A stretch of DNA of 64,000 nucleotides from Spirochaetota bacterium (GTDB lineage: Bacteria; Spirochaetota; UBA4802; UBA5550). Of the stretch, positions 1 through 8,432 are shown in pieces; position 1 is the stretch's first letter; each line of letters starts with the position of its first letter. The position numbers were made by a program, and so were the translations under genes. The stretch is from contig JBGTBN010000050.1 in NCBI GenBank assembly GCA_041749375.1, forward strand, positions 6,789-70,788. The letters are read 5' to 3'. The notes below the pieces were generated by a model. It was given only the letters and a program-made list of their open reading frames with translations, had not been told where the DNA came from and did no database searches.

Positions 1-529
1 AAGGTTTGTAGTCGTAGGGCCCCAGGACCGCGGTCGGGTTGATGATAACAGCATCCAGTCCCCGGTCCACTGCTTTCACGACTTCAAGCTGGCCCATCGC
101 TTTAGACCTGTCGTAAATAAATTCATCATTGCCAAGAGCCAGCGGCCGGTGTTCATCGATGATGTCCGATTCGGGGTGGGAGCAGTATGCGTGGATCGAG
201 CTGAAGTGGACCAGGCGCCTGACCCTGTTCCTGAGGCAGGCTTCGATTACATTCCGCGTGCCTTCGACATTGATCATTTCAACCGACCCGCCTTCCGACC
301 CGACGATGGATATCTTTGCGGCAAGGTGGAACACCGTTTTCACGCCCTTGCAAAGCTTCATGAGCGAATCGAAATCCGTCACGTCACCCTTGGTCGTCTC
401 GACATCAAGCCCGTTAATGGCCCGCAGGTCGTTGCGCACCAGGACGCGCACGTTGCGTCCCTGTTCGAGAATCGATCGTACCAGGCTCGCACCTACGTGG
501 CCGGTTGATCCGGTTATTGCTGTATCCAT
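1..529 (-). CDS. NAD-dependent epimerase/dehydratase (extended SDR, dihydroflavonol-4-reductase-like); 3' end lies outside the window
   Basis: Reverse translation from ATG (cat 527..529) gives MDTAITGSTGHVGASLVRSILEQGRNVRVLVRN... with a GxxGxxG Rossmann motif and YDRSK (YxxxK). AAGGAG lies 6 nt upstream. The frame stays open to position 1. It is absent from the ORF track because it is truncated. Confidence 0.8.
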   Translation of the reverse strand, partial: MDTAITGSTGHVGASLVRSILEQGRNVRVLVRNDLRAINGLDVETTKGDVTDFDSLMKLCKGVKTVFHLAAKISIVGSEGGSVEMINVEGTRNVIEACLRNRVRRLVHFSSIHAYCSHPESDIIDEHRPLALGNDEFIYDRSKAMGQLEVVKAVDRGLDAVIINPTAVLGPYDYKP

Positions 530-653
530 GTCTTGCTCCTTGACAATTGAGGAACGAAAATATTTGCGTATCACCTTTCCATCAGGAGCGAATGGAAATC
601 AAGTTAAAAAATGGGGAGGGGTCCGTTTTATACGCCGCCGGAGCGGAGAGGCA

Positions 654-2831
654 TTATTCAGTCTTGATCGGGGCAAGCAGCTCTGATATCGTTTTCGAAT
701 GCCTCGACAGGGTCCCGATGACCTGCATAAACTGGTTCACGCTTTCAACGGTCTGCTGAACGGCCGTGTTCATATGGTCTATTGCGACAAGGACGTCCTT
801 GGAAGTGCGGAGCTGCTCGTCGGCGGCGATTGCATTTTCATTCGAAAGCTGTGTCAGGTCCTTCACTACCGTGAAGACTTTGCCGGTTGTCTCCACGAAG
901 GATTTCGCGTGAAAGGCGATGCTGACGATGATGTCCGAGGTGTTTCGCACGGACTCGATCATCTTGCCGATAGACTCCGATATGTTCGAGATGAACCGGA
1001 CACCTTCCTTGACCCGGCCGCCGCTCTCGTTGACAAGCCGCTCGATCTGGTTAGCTTCGCTGCTCGTCTTGTCGGCGAGCTTGCCGACCTCGTCGGCCAC
1101 GACGGCGAAGCCGCGGCCGGCGTCACCGGCGCGCGCCGCCTCGATCGAGGCGTTCAGGGAGAGAAGGTTGATCTGGTCCGATATGTCCTGGATTACCGAG
1201 AGGGTCTCGGCGACCTTCGTCGAGCTGTCACCGATGGCCCTGATCCCGCTGACCGTGGTCTCGAGGTTTTTTTCAATCTCGGCCACGTTCTCGTAGGCGA
1301 TGTTGGCGAGCGTTTCCGCTTCCTCGGTGTTTACGGCTATCTGCTTCATTGACTCTGCAAATTGCTGTATTACCCCAAAGACGTTCTGTGTTTTGTCGTA
1401 CTGTTTTTTGACGTTTTCGGATATCAGCTCCACGGAAGAAGTGATCTCTTCGACAGAAGCGGAAAATTCCTCTATGGTGCTTGCCTGTGTCTGGGAGTCT
1501 TCCGAGATGGTCCTGCCGGTCCTGTCTACCGTCAGTGCGATCTCGTTCAGGTCCGTGGCGGCGGTTTTAAGGCTCATCGATATGTTCCTGAAGCTGTATG
1601 CCAGGTTCTCGACGCCCTTGATCATGTCGCTGATCTCGTCTCCTATCTCGAAGGTGCCGGGGAACCTGGTGACCGACAGGTCGCCGCCGGAGAGTCGCTT
1701 TAAAAAGGCGGAGGCTTCGTCAAGCGTGCGGAACTTCTGCGTCGCGGTATAGAGCGAGTAGGCGGTAATGCCGATTACGAATACGATGCCGATGATCACC
1801 ATGAGTATGACAAATGTGTTCGTCGGCCTGAAAAACGTGCGGGATGATTCGCCCGCCAGCAGGTAGAGACCGGTCCCCGGGACGGGATAGTAGTGACAGT
1901 AGTAAACCTGGCGGTTGAAAAGGATGTCGCATACTCCTTCTTTGCCGTCGAGGAGCTTTTTCACATTTTGGGCGAAAAAATCGGTCACGAGTTTGCCGGC
2001 ATCAACGTCCGACAGCGCTTTTTTCCCGATGTAATCCTTGAATGCGGAGTCGGAGATCGTTCCATCGCGGTCGATGATAAAATACATGTCATGTGCCAGT
2101 ATCCCTCTTGTCTTTATTTCCTCCCGGAGAAAGTCAGCCCGGTCTGTATCGCCGTCGGGATCATACTCATCGGCGATTTTCTCAATTGAAAACTTCAGGT
2201 TCGAGAGCTGGTAATCCAGCTTGGCCGTTTGGTATATGCCAAGCGTTGCCTTGTATGCGTAGAGAGACAGGATTATCAGGAGGATGAGAATGAGGTTCAT
2301 GATCGGGAGCACGATCTTGTGCTTCAGTTTGATGAGACGGAACGGCCTCTTGTGTATTATATGGGCCCGGATCAGCATCGGATAGAGGTAGATGTGATAG
2401 AAGTTACCGACGATGATTGAAATGGCGATCAGGCAGAAGTTGCCGACTGCGATGCTGCCCATGGAAACTGCCATGCCGCGGACAAGCTGGATTCCGACGT
2501 ATAGTGAAGGAGCCAGGCCGAAAACAGCTATGGCCGTAATGTACATCTTGATGTCATAGCTCTGGAGCCTTTTTAAGAGGGAATCATCCAGGTCGGCTCC
2601 CTTACTATCAGAGGAAAAGGCGACCCTGAACCCGCGGGTCAGGGTAAAATTAACGGCAAGCATGATGGTTGTGATGCCGACCAGGATGCCGATCGCGCTG
2701 ATGCCGACGGCATGAAACTTGGCCCTCTCGCTTAAGAACAGTGTAACGGCAATGGCGCTGAATTCGCCGATGATGGTTATCACAAGGTGAGCAAGGAGGA
2801 ATCGAACAAAGCCGTTATTTTTATCTGTCAT
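654..2831 (-). CDS. Methyl-accepting chemotaxis protein with extra N-terminal TM helices, a periplasmic Cache-like segment, HAMP and MCP signalling domain
   Basis: The track ORF 654..2909 contains LNASIEAARAGDAGRGFAVVADEVGKLADKTS, the canonical MCP signalling hairpin. I moved the start to MTDKNNG (cat 2829..2831) because a near-consensus promoter sits inside the longer ORF. Confidence 0.9.
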   Translation of the reverse strand: MTDKNNGFVRFLLAHLVITIIGEFSAIAVTLFLSERAKFHAVGISAIGILVGITTIMLAVNFTLTRGFRVAFSSDSKGADLDDSLLKRLQSYDIKMYITAIAVFGLAPSLYVGIQLVRGMAVSMGSIAVGNFCLIAISIIVGNFYHIYLYPMLIRAHIIHKRPFRLIKLKHKIVLPIMNLILILLIILSLYAYKATLGIYQTAKLDYQLSNLKFSIEKIADEYDPDGDTDRADFLREEIKTRGILAHDMYFIIDRDGTISDSAFKDYIGKKALSDVDAGKLVTDFFAQNVKKLLDGKEGVCDILFNRQVYYCHYYPVPGTGLYLLAGESSRTFFRPTNTFVILMVIIGIVFVIGITAYSLYTATQKFRTLDEASAFLKRLSGGDLSVTRFPGTFEIGDEISDMIKGVENLAYSFRNISMSLKTAATDLNEIALTVDRTGRTISEDSQTQASTIEEFSASVEEITSSVELISENVKKQYDKTQNVFGVIQQFAESMKQIAVNTEEAETLANIAYENVAEIEKNLETTVSGIRAIGDSSTKVAETLSVIQDISDQINLLSLNASIEAARAGDAGRGFAVVADEVGKLADKTSSEANQIERLVNESGGRVKEGVRFISNISESIGKMIESVRNTSDIIVSIAFHAKSFVETTGKVFTVVKDLTQLSNENAIAADEQLRTSKDVLVAIDHMNTAVQQTVESVNQFMQVIGTLSRHSKTISELLAPIKTE

Positions 2832-2864
2832 GATCAGGCCATCCTGGTCGCAAAAACAAACCGC

Positions 2865-2894
2865 ATTATATGGCTTCAGCCCGGGCAGTGTCAA
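2865..2894 (-). promoter_or_regulatory. Sigma70-type promoter of the MCP gene (TTGACA-18 nt-TATAAT on the minus strand)
   Basis: Plus strand shows attata at 2865..2870 and tgtcaa at 2889..2894. Their reverse complements are TATAAT and TTGACA with an 18-nt spacer, about 30 nt upstream of the 2831 start. Confidence 0.6.
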
Positions 2895-3000
2895 GAGAAA
2901 AAACAGCATCTACGATAATAAATTGGACGTCCAACCAATATTGCTATATTATGCTGGCCGCTGTCCAGCGGCACGGTGCTTCCATGATTGCAGGGCAGTA

Positions 3001-4581
3001 TCAGGATCCGCCGGCCATAACAGGCAGGGTCCCTTTGCTGAACACGAACTTACCCTCTTTCATGACGATATCAGGTGAGCGGTACGCCCGTACGTCCTCA
3101 AGCGGGTTGACCGGAAGGAATACCAGGTCGGCGAGCTTTCCTTTCTCGATCGTACCGATCCTGTCTTGGAGCCGTAGTATTCGCGCGCTGTTGATGGTCG
3201 CGATCCTGAGGATCTCATCGTTCCTGAAACCGGCCCTGGAAAGGAACTCCAGCTCGCGGTACTGGCCGCCGAAATAGGCAAGCGGCATGCCCGCGTCAAT
3301 TCCGAACCCGATATTGATGCCGGCGCTGCGCATCCTTGCCAGGTTTTTCGTGCCGTGCAATATCATGCCGAAGTAGAGCCCTGGATCGACGAGATGAATC
3401 TTGTTTTTCCAGAGGTTCTCGATACCTACGCTCCTGTATTTCTTGAGCTCCTCCAGGTTCTTGTTGTGGATTACGCTGTCGCAGTGCTGGAGTGCCTCGG
3501 TATACATGTATTGCTTCCGGATTTTCAGCTCGTTCATGATGAAATCGGTCCTGAACTGCTCCGGTAAGGCGTCATACGCCTCTTCCATGAGGTAGCAGAG
3601 GGCGATGGTCATGGTTGGGACGATGGACACGTTTTTTTTCGCCATCGATTCGATGTCCCTGTCGGAAAGCTCGGCATCGGATACCATGTGCTCAAGGGAG
3701 TTGATCGGATACTTCATGGCGCGGTCAAAGCCGAACTTCCTGTGGACGTGGCATGAAACCGGGAGCCCCGCGCGGTCTGCGTTTTTAAATATGTAGTCCA
3801 GCATCTCGTCCGTGTATACGGGGATGTTCTCCTTCCTGCAGAATACAGACCTGTTGTCCATGGTGAGTTTAATGAGGGAGGCACCTTTTGCGTTCTTCTC
3901 CATGACGTTCCGCATGTTCTCGAAATCCCTGAAGTTCGTCATTACCATGCCGGTGAACAGTGCGATAAAATTGGCCAGGGGATGAGCGTCAGTCGGAGGG
4001 ATGTCCGGATGGCTGCCGTTGATGTTGAGAAGGGAGTTGCAATAGGTAACGCGGGGGCCGTTGAGCCTGCCGGCGTTTATGTCCTTAATCATCCCGTGCA
4101 GGGTGATGGGAAACGAGCCCACATCGCGGTACGTGGTTATCCCGTATTCAAGCCCGATGGTGAATTGCCGCTTCTGGAACGCGAGATGGCGCGAGAGATC
4201 GGCCGTGTCGATGCCGAATGCCGAGGTTATGGTCGGGTGGCAGTGGGCGTCGATGAGGCCGGGTATGACGTATGCTCCGCGCGCGTCGATGGATATCGCG
4301 TCGACGGCCGGTATCACGTTCGACTCTATGGCCTGAATGATGCCGTTCCTGATAAGGATGCGGGTGCCCGGCCTGGATCTTCCCTTTACTACGTCGATGA
4401 CGCTGCAGTTTGTAATGAGAATGTCCCTGGTGTAATCGATTTTCCCGACGTTACGGATGGCAGCTGTCGAGCAGCCGGCCAGTCCGCCGAGCGCGGCTAC
4501 AGCAGCCGTGGTTGATCCGAGATGGATGAAGTCTCTCCTGGTTATTGTATCACATTGTACGCGCCGGGGATCGGATTCCAT
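3001..4581 (-). CDS. Metal-dependent amidohydrolase, Tat-exported putative lipoprotein
   Basis: N-terminus MESDPRRVQCDTITRRDFIHLGSTTAAVAALGGLAGCS carries a twin-arginine motif plus a lipobox Cys. LIDAHCHP is an amidohydrolase metal-binding motif. AGGAGG lies 4 nt upstream of the ATG at 4581, so the longer track ORF (to 4632) is not favoured. Confidence 0.85.
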   Translation of the reverse strand: MESDPRRVQCDTITRRDFIHLGSTTAAVAALGGLAGCSTAAIRNVGKIDYTRDILITNCSVIDVVKGRSRPGTRILIRNGIIQAIESNVIPAVDAISIDARGAYVIPGLIDAHCHPTITSAFGIDTADLSRHLAFQKRQFTIGLEYGITTYRDVGSFPITLHGMIKDINAGRLNGPRVTYCNSLLNINGSHPDIPPTDAHPLANFIALFTGMVMTNFRDFENMRNVMEKNAKGASLIKLTMDNRSVFCRKENIPVYTDEMLDYIFKNADRAGLPVSCHVHRKFGFDRAMKYPINSLEHMVSDAELSDRDIESMAKKNVSIVPTMTIALCYLMEEAYDALPEQFRTDFIMNELKIRKQYMYTEALQHCDSVIHNKNLEELKKYRSVGIENLWKNKIHLVDPGLYFGMILHGTKNLARMRSAGINIGFGIDAGMPLAYFGGQYRELEFLSRAGFRNDEILRIATINSARILRLQDRIGTIEKGKLADLVFLPVNPLEDVRAYRSPDIVMKEGKFVFSKGTLPVMAGGS

Positions 4582-4889
4582 GATGCCTCCTGAAGACATG
4601 GAGTGTGAGGATAAGATATGCCACATGATCATATTTGTGGAGCATTGTCAATCTTAAAATTAACGCACGTTAAGTTAATGATTGAGACTTGTTGCCGTCA
4701 TGCTGGCGCCACATGAAGGGGAGCGGCAAAATCAGGGCGCCGGCTTTGCATAATTAATACCATGCTTAAAAAATTACTTGCAAATCAATGTATATGAAAA
4801 TTTAACATAACCTGATTTTAGAGCATGGAGGCAGGGCCATCAGCGTACTGGATGCAATTGGTAATACCCCTCTGGTCGGGATAAACCGG

Positions 4890-5756
4890 ATGTGGGATGT
4901 GAATGAGTCGGGCGTACGGATACTGGCCAAGCTGGAGGGATCCAACCCGGGCGGCTCGGTGAAAGACCGGCCCGCATATTACATGATAAAAAAAGCCATC
5001 GAATCAGGCGAGCTGACGAAGGACAAGATCATACTCGAACCGACCTCCGGCAATACCGGCATCGGCATGGCCATGATCGCTTCCGCGATGGGATACCGGA
5101 TAAAACTGACGATGCCCTCGTGCGTGAGCGAAGAGCGGCGGTCGATTCTTATCGCCATGGGAGCGGAGCTTGAACTCACCCCGGGGTGCGATAAAACGGA
5201 CGGCGCCATCACGCGGGCGCATCATATCATCGATCATTTTCATGAGAAATACTTCATGCCGAATCAGTTCGGCAACCCCGCCAACTGCCTCGCGCATTAC
5301 GAGACGACGGCGCCGGAAATAGTGCGCGATACGAAGGGGGAGGTAGACGCCTTCGTCGCTGGCATGGGCACTACCGGAACGCTCATGGGCTGTTCCCGTT
5401 TTTTTCGCGAAAATAATCCGCGCACGAAGGTCGTGGGTGTTGAGCCGTCGTTGAATCACCGGATCCAGGGCCTCAAGAACATGAAGGAATCGATCGTGCC
5501 GGCCATCTTTGATTCGTCGCTCCTTGACTACCGGTACGAGTGTTCCGATGATGACGCTTTCGACACGACCCGCAATCTCGCGCTGATGGAGGGGCTTTTC
5601 TGCGGGATGTCCAGCGGTGCCGCACTCTGGGGGGCGATGACGATAGCGCGGGACATGCCCAGGGGCTCGACAGTGGTGGTCCTGTTCCCGGACCGTGGCG
5701 ACCGGTATCTCTCCACCGAGGTCTTCAGGTCGGTCTGCGCCATCTGCCCGCCCTGA
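4890..5756 (+). CDS. cysK: Cysteine synthase (O-acetylserine sulfhydrylase, PLP-dependent); the true 5' end is probably upstream of the first canonical start
   Basis: KLEGSNPGGSVKDRPAYYMIKKAIESGELTKDKIILEPTSGNTGIGMAMIA matches the CysK/CysM PLP-lysine and TSGNTG loops. The conserved N-terminal ISVLDAIGNTPLV is encoded in frame at 4839..4877, with no ATG/GTG/TTG before 4890 (see findings). Confidence 0.85.
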   Translation: MWDVNESGVRILAKLEGSNPGGSVKDRPAYYMIKKAIESGELTKDKIILEPTSGNTGIGMAMIASAMGYRIKLTMPSCVSEERRSILIAMGAELELTPGCDKTDGAITRAHHIIDHFHEKYFMPNQFGNPANCLAHYETTAPEIVRDTKGEVDAFVAGMGTTGTLMGCSRFFRENNPRTKVVGVEPSLNHRIQGLKNMKESIVPAIFDSSLLDYRYECSDDDAFDTTRNLALMEGLFCGMSSGAALWGAMTIARDMPRGSTVVVLFPDRGDRYLSTEVFRSVCAICPP

Positions 5757-5972
5757 CCGGCGCGAAGGCGAGACAGCTTCACATGCAATAATGCGCCGGG
5801 CAGCGCCGGGGCCTGTACGGGAATAGTATAATTATAGTCAGCCACGGATCAATGCGGACATACTCGGTTTGCATGGATATAATCATGATATGTGCTTGTT
5901 GGACAGGTCATGCATTCCTGTTTGTTAAAACAATCTGTGTATATCCGTGGTCAAATCATGCGGGAGGCAGCC

Positions 5973-6929
5973 ATGAAATGCGCAATCGGAAACAATGATA
6001 ATGACCGGCTCACTGAAGCGATGCTCAACGATATCGTGGGCGAGCTGTGCGCTCCAGAATCATACCGCGCTGTTTACCATCGCACCTATCACGATTTTCC
6101 CATGCCGTCGGTCGAATCTCTCAGGGAGACGGTCGATCTCCTGAAGTCGGTCCTGTTCCCCGGCTACTTCATTCACTCGGACCTGAGGCCGGAGACGATG
6201 AAATTCTACATCGGCTCCACACTGGACAGGGTGTACCGCCTGCTTGCCGAGCAGATCAAGCGCGGCTACTGCTTCTCATGCGCGGAAACGGGAGAGGAAG
6301 ACCACGTGTGCGAGGACTGCGAATCACGGTCGAAGGAGGCGGCAGGGAAGCTCCTGGCCGTGCTGCCGCGCCTGAGGCAACTGCTCACCCTCGACGCGCT
6401 GGCCGCGTACAGGGGGGACCCGGCAGCGAAGGGAGTGGGGGAGACTATCTTCTGTTACCCGAGCCTCTCGGCCCTTGCCAATCACCGGATCGCGCACGAG
6501 CTGTACCTCGGGGAGGTTCCGCTCATACCGCGGATCATCTCCGAGATGGCCCATTCCGAGACAGGCATAGATATACACCCGGGCGCCCGGATCGGCGAGT
6601 CGTTCTTCATAGATCACGGGACCGGCACGGTCATCGGTGAGACCGCGGTCATCGGCGTCAACGTCCGGATTTACCAGGGAGTCACCCTGGGCGCAAAGAG
6701 TTTCCCGCTCGACCAGTCCGGCAACCCGATGAAGGGAATCCCCCGCCACCCGGTGGTGGAGGACGATGTCATCATCTATTCCGGGGCAACGATCCTGGGG
6801 CGCGTGACGATCGGGAAGGGCGCTGAGATCGGCGGCAACGTATGGCTGACGCGGGACGTGCCGCCCGGTGCGCGCATCATGCAGGGCAGGCCGGAGGAGA
6901 CGCAGTTCAGCGGCGGGCTCGGTATTTAG
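5973..6929 (+). CDS. cysE: Serine O-acetyltransferase (long N-terminal-domain form)
   Basis: Left-handed beta-helix hexapeptide region GIDIHPGARIGESFFIDHGTGTVIGETAVIGVNVRIYQGVTLG. GGGAGG lies 5 nt upstream of ATG 5973 (MKCAIGNN...). The C-terminal residue is Ile. The gene sits directly downstream of cysK. Confidence 0.85.
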   Translation: MKCAIGNNDNDRLTEAMLNDIVGELCAPESYRAVYHRTYHDFPMPSVESLRETVDLLKSVLFPGYFIHSDLRPETMKFYIGSTLDRVYRLLAEQIKRGYCFSCAETGEEDHVCEDCESRSKEAAGKLLAVLPRLRQLLTLDALAAYRGDPAAKGVGETIFCYPSLSALANHRIAHELYLGEVPLIPRIISEMAHSETGIDIHPGARIGESFFIDHGTGTVIGETAVIGVNVRIYQGVTLGAKSFPLDQSGNPMKGIPRHPVVEDDVIIYSGATILGRVTIGKGAEIGGNVWLTRDVPPGARIMQGRPEETQFSGGLGI

Positions 6930-8278
6930 CCGCCAAGCTTCGCCAGGGTCTGTGCTGCCGCGTTTACCGCGTCCCACACCGGCGCAAAGGGCGGGGCATA
7001 ACCAAGGTCGAGGTAGGCGAGGTCCCGAACCTTCATCTTCGCGGTTATTGCCGTGGCAATTATGTTTGCCCTCAGCGCGGCGCCGTCGGTGCCGGCCACC
7101 TCTCCGCCGATGACCTCCCCGGTCCGGGTATCCATCGTGAGCATGACCGTGATGTCGCGTACGCCAGGGTAATAACCGGCCCGCGACCTCCACCGTGTGA
7201 CAGCGGAAACGGCATCAATGCCCTCCCGCGCCGCATCGGAAGAATTCAGTCCGCTTTTCCCCACCTCGAGATCGAACACCTTGACGAGCTGTGACCCGAC
7301 AATTCCCCGGAGCCTGTCCGTCTCGACGCCGGCAGCGTGAATGCCGGCGACGCGGCCCTGCTTGTTGGCCGTGGTCCCGAGCGGTATGTAAACGTCCTTC
7401 CCGGTTATCAGGCTACGCACCGTGGCGCAATCGCCGGCCGAGTACACGTCCGTAACATTCGTCCTGGAAAACTCGTCCACGATGAGCGCGCCGCGGTCGC
7501 TCATCCTGAGACCGCTTCCAGCCAGGAAACCGGTATTGGGAGCTATCCCGACAGATACGATAATGAAGTCTGCGCCGAATCCTCCTGCGTCCGTATCTAC
7601 CGTGAGCCTGCCGCCGGCGCTTGTGATTCGGTCGATGGACACGCCGGTACGGACGGTCACGCTGTTTTTGAGCAGGGTGTCATGGATGGTGGCGCGGACC
7701 TCTGGCGACATAGACATTGCGACGGATTCATACTTTTCCAGTATTGTCGTTTCTATGTTGAGGCGGCGGAGCGTTTCGGCCATTTCGAGGCCGATGAATC
7801 CGCCGCCAATGATGATGCCTGAGCGCGGTTTTTGTTCCTCGATATGCTTCTTGATGCCGATCGCATCGGAGAGCGAGCGCAGGTAAAAGACGCTGCCGGT
7901 GTTAATGCCGGGAATTGGCGGAGCAACCGGTAGCGCGCCGGTCGCGATTACAAGCTTTTTATAAGCAACGGGACCGGTTCCACTGGAGGACCGAACTGTC
8001 ACCGTCCTGGCGCTGAAATCAACTGCCGTGATCTCAGTGTTAATGAAGATTTCGATCTTTCTTTTCTCGGTATATTCCCGAATATCGATGGCCACCAGGT
8101 CTTCAGGCGCCGGTACGTCCCCTGCTATGAAATAGGGCATGCCGCAGGCGGCATAGGACACATGGGGTCCTTTCTCAAAGACGCCGATGGAGAGCGTTTC
8201 GCTTATTCTTCTTGCCTGTGACGCAGCGCTCATTCCTGCGCCATCGCCTCCTATGATGAGAATGTCGAATTGTTTCAT
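6926..8278 (-). CDS. FAD-dependent pyridine nucleotide-disulfide oxidoreductase (CoA-disulfide reductase / NADH oxidase family)
   Basis: MKQFDILIIGGDGAGMSAA is an FAD GxGxxG motif. SYAACGMPYF is the single redox-Cys motif typical of the Nox/CoADR family. AGGAG RBS is present. Confidence 0.85.
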   Translation of the reverse strand: MKQFDILIIGGDGAGMSAASQARRISETLSIGVFEKGPHVSYAACGMPYFIAGDVPAPEDLVAIDIREYTEKRKIEIFINTEITAVDFSARTVTVRSSSGTGPVAYKKLVIATGALPVAPPIPGINTGSVFYLRSLSDAIGIKKHIEEQKPRSGIIIGGGFIGLEMAETLRRLNIETTILEKYESVAMSMSPEVRATIHDTLLKNSVTVRTGVSIDRITSAGGRLTVDTDAGGFGADFIIVSVGIAPNTGFLAGSGLRMSDRGALIVDEFSRTNVTDVYSAGDCATVRSLITGKDVYIPLGTTANKQGRVAGIHAAGVETDRLRGIVGSQLVKVFDLEVGKSGLNSSDAAREGIDAVSAVTRWRSRAGYYPGVRDITVMLTMDTRTGEVIGGEVAGTDGAALRANIIATAITAKMKVRDLAYLDLGYAPPFAPVWDAVNAAAQTLAKLGG

Positions 8279-8302
8279 GGCGGTCTCCTTGCTTATGAAT
8301 AG

Positions 8303-8331
8303 ACAATACTGTAGTAAACATGGTTTGTCAA
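8303..8331 (-). promoter_or_regulatory. Candidate sigma70 promoter for the CoADR/Nox-like gene (TTGACA-17-TATTGT)
   Basis: Minus-strand reading: TTGACA aaccatgtttactacag TATTGT, about 25 nt upstream of the AAGGAG RBS. Confidence 0.4.
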
Positions 8332-8374
8332 CCTGAAATTATTTAAGAATATTCTAATAAACTAAATAAATAGA

Positions 8375-8403
8375 TGGACATATGTTTAGATTATTAGTAT
8401 ATT
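8375..8403 (+). promoter_or_regulatory. Candidate sigma70 promoter for the selenoprotein gene (TGGACA-17-TATATT)
   Basis: tggaca at 8375..8380, a 17-nt spacer, tatatt at 8398..8403. GGAG RBS at 8423..8426 and ATG at 8433. Confidence 0.45.
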
Positions 8404-8416
8404 AGTGGTACTAATA
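8400..8416. promoter_or_regulatory. Palindromic operator-like site TATTAGT-GGT-ACTAATA overlapping the -10/TSS region
   Basis: Perfect 7-bp inverted repeat with a 3-nt spacer. A third direct ATTAGTA half-site lies at 8393..8399. The layout resembles Fur-family 7-1-7 boxes, but the binding protein is unknown. Confidence 0.4.
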
Positions 8417-8432
8417 GTAGATGGAGTTAATT

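Noticed and set aside
2832-2909. Longer N-terminus for the chemoreceptor (track start at 2909)
   Set aside because: A near-consensus TTGACA-18-TATAAT promoter lies inside this extension, so transcription would begin downstream of the 2909 codon. The MTDKNNG start at 2831 fits the predicted TSS.
4633-4889. Riboswitch or T-box leader upstream of cysK
   Set aside because: I could not recognise SAM, T-box or other conserved riboswitch cores. I saw only a short TTAAC-GCAC-GTTAA palindrome and weak promoter-like hexamers. An Rfam/Infernal scan would be needed to exclude one formally.
6926-6929. Tail-to-tail 4-nt overlaps of convergent genes (cysE/CoADR-like here; HD-GYP/pepA at 19613..19616) with no terminator between them
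   Set aside because: These are real in the sequence (TTAG and CTAG overlapping stops). Such compact convergent junctions are common in dense bacterial genomes, and I see no extra structure that suggests a specific function.
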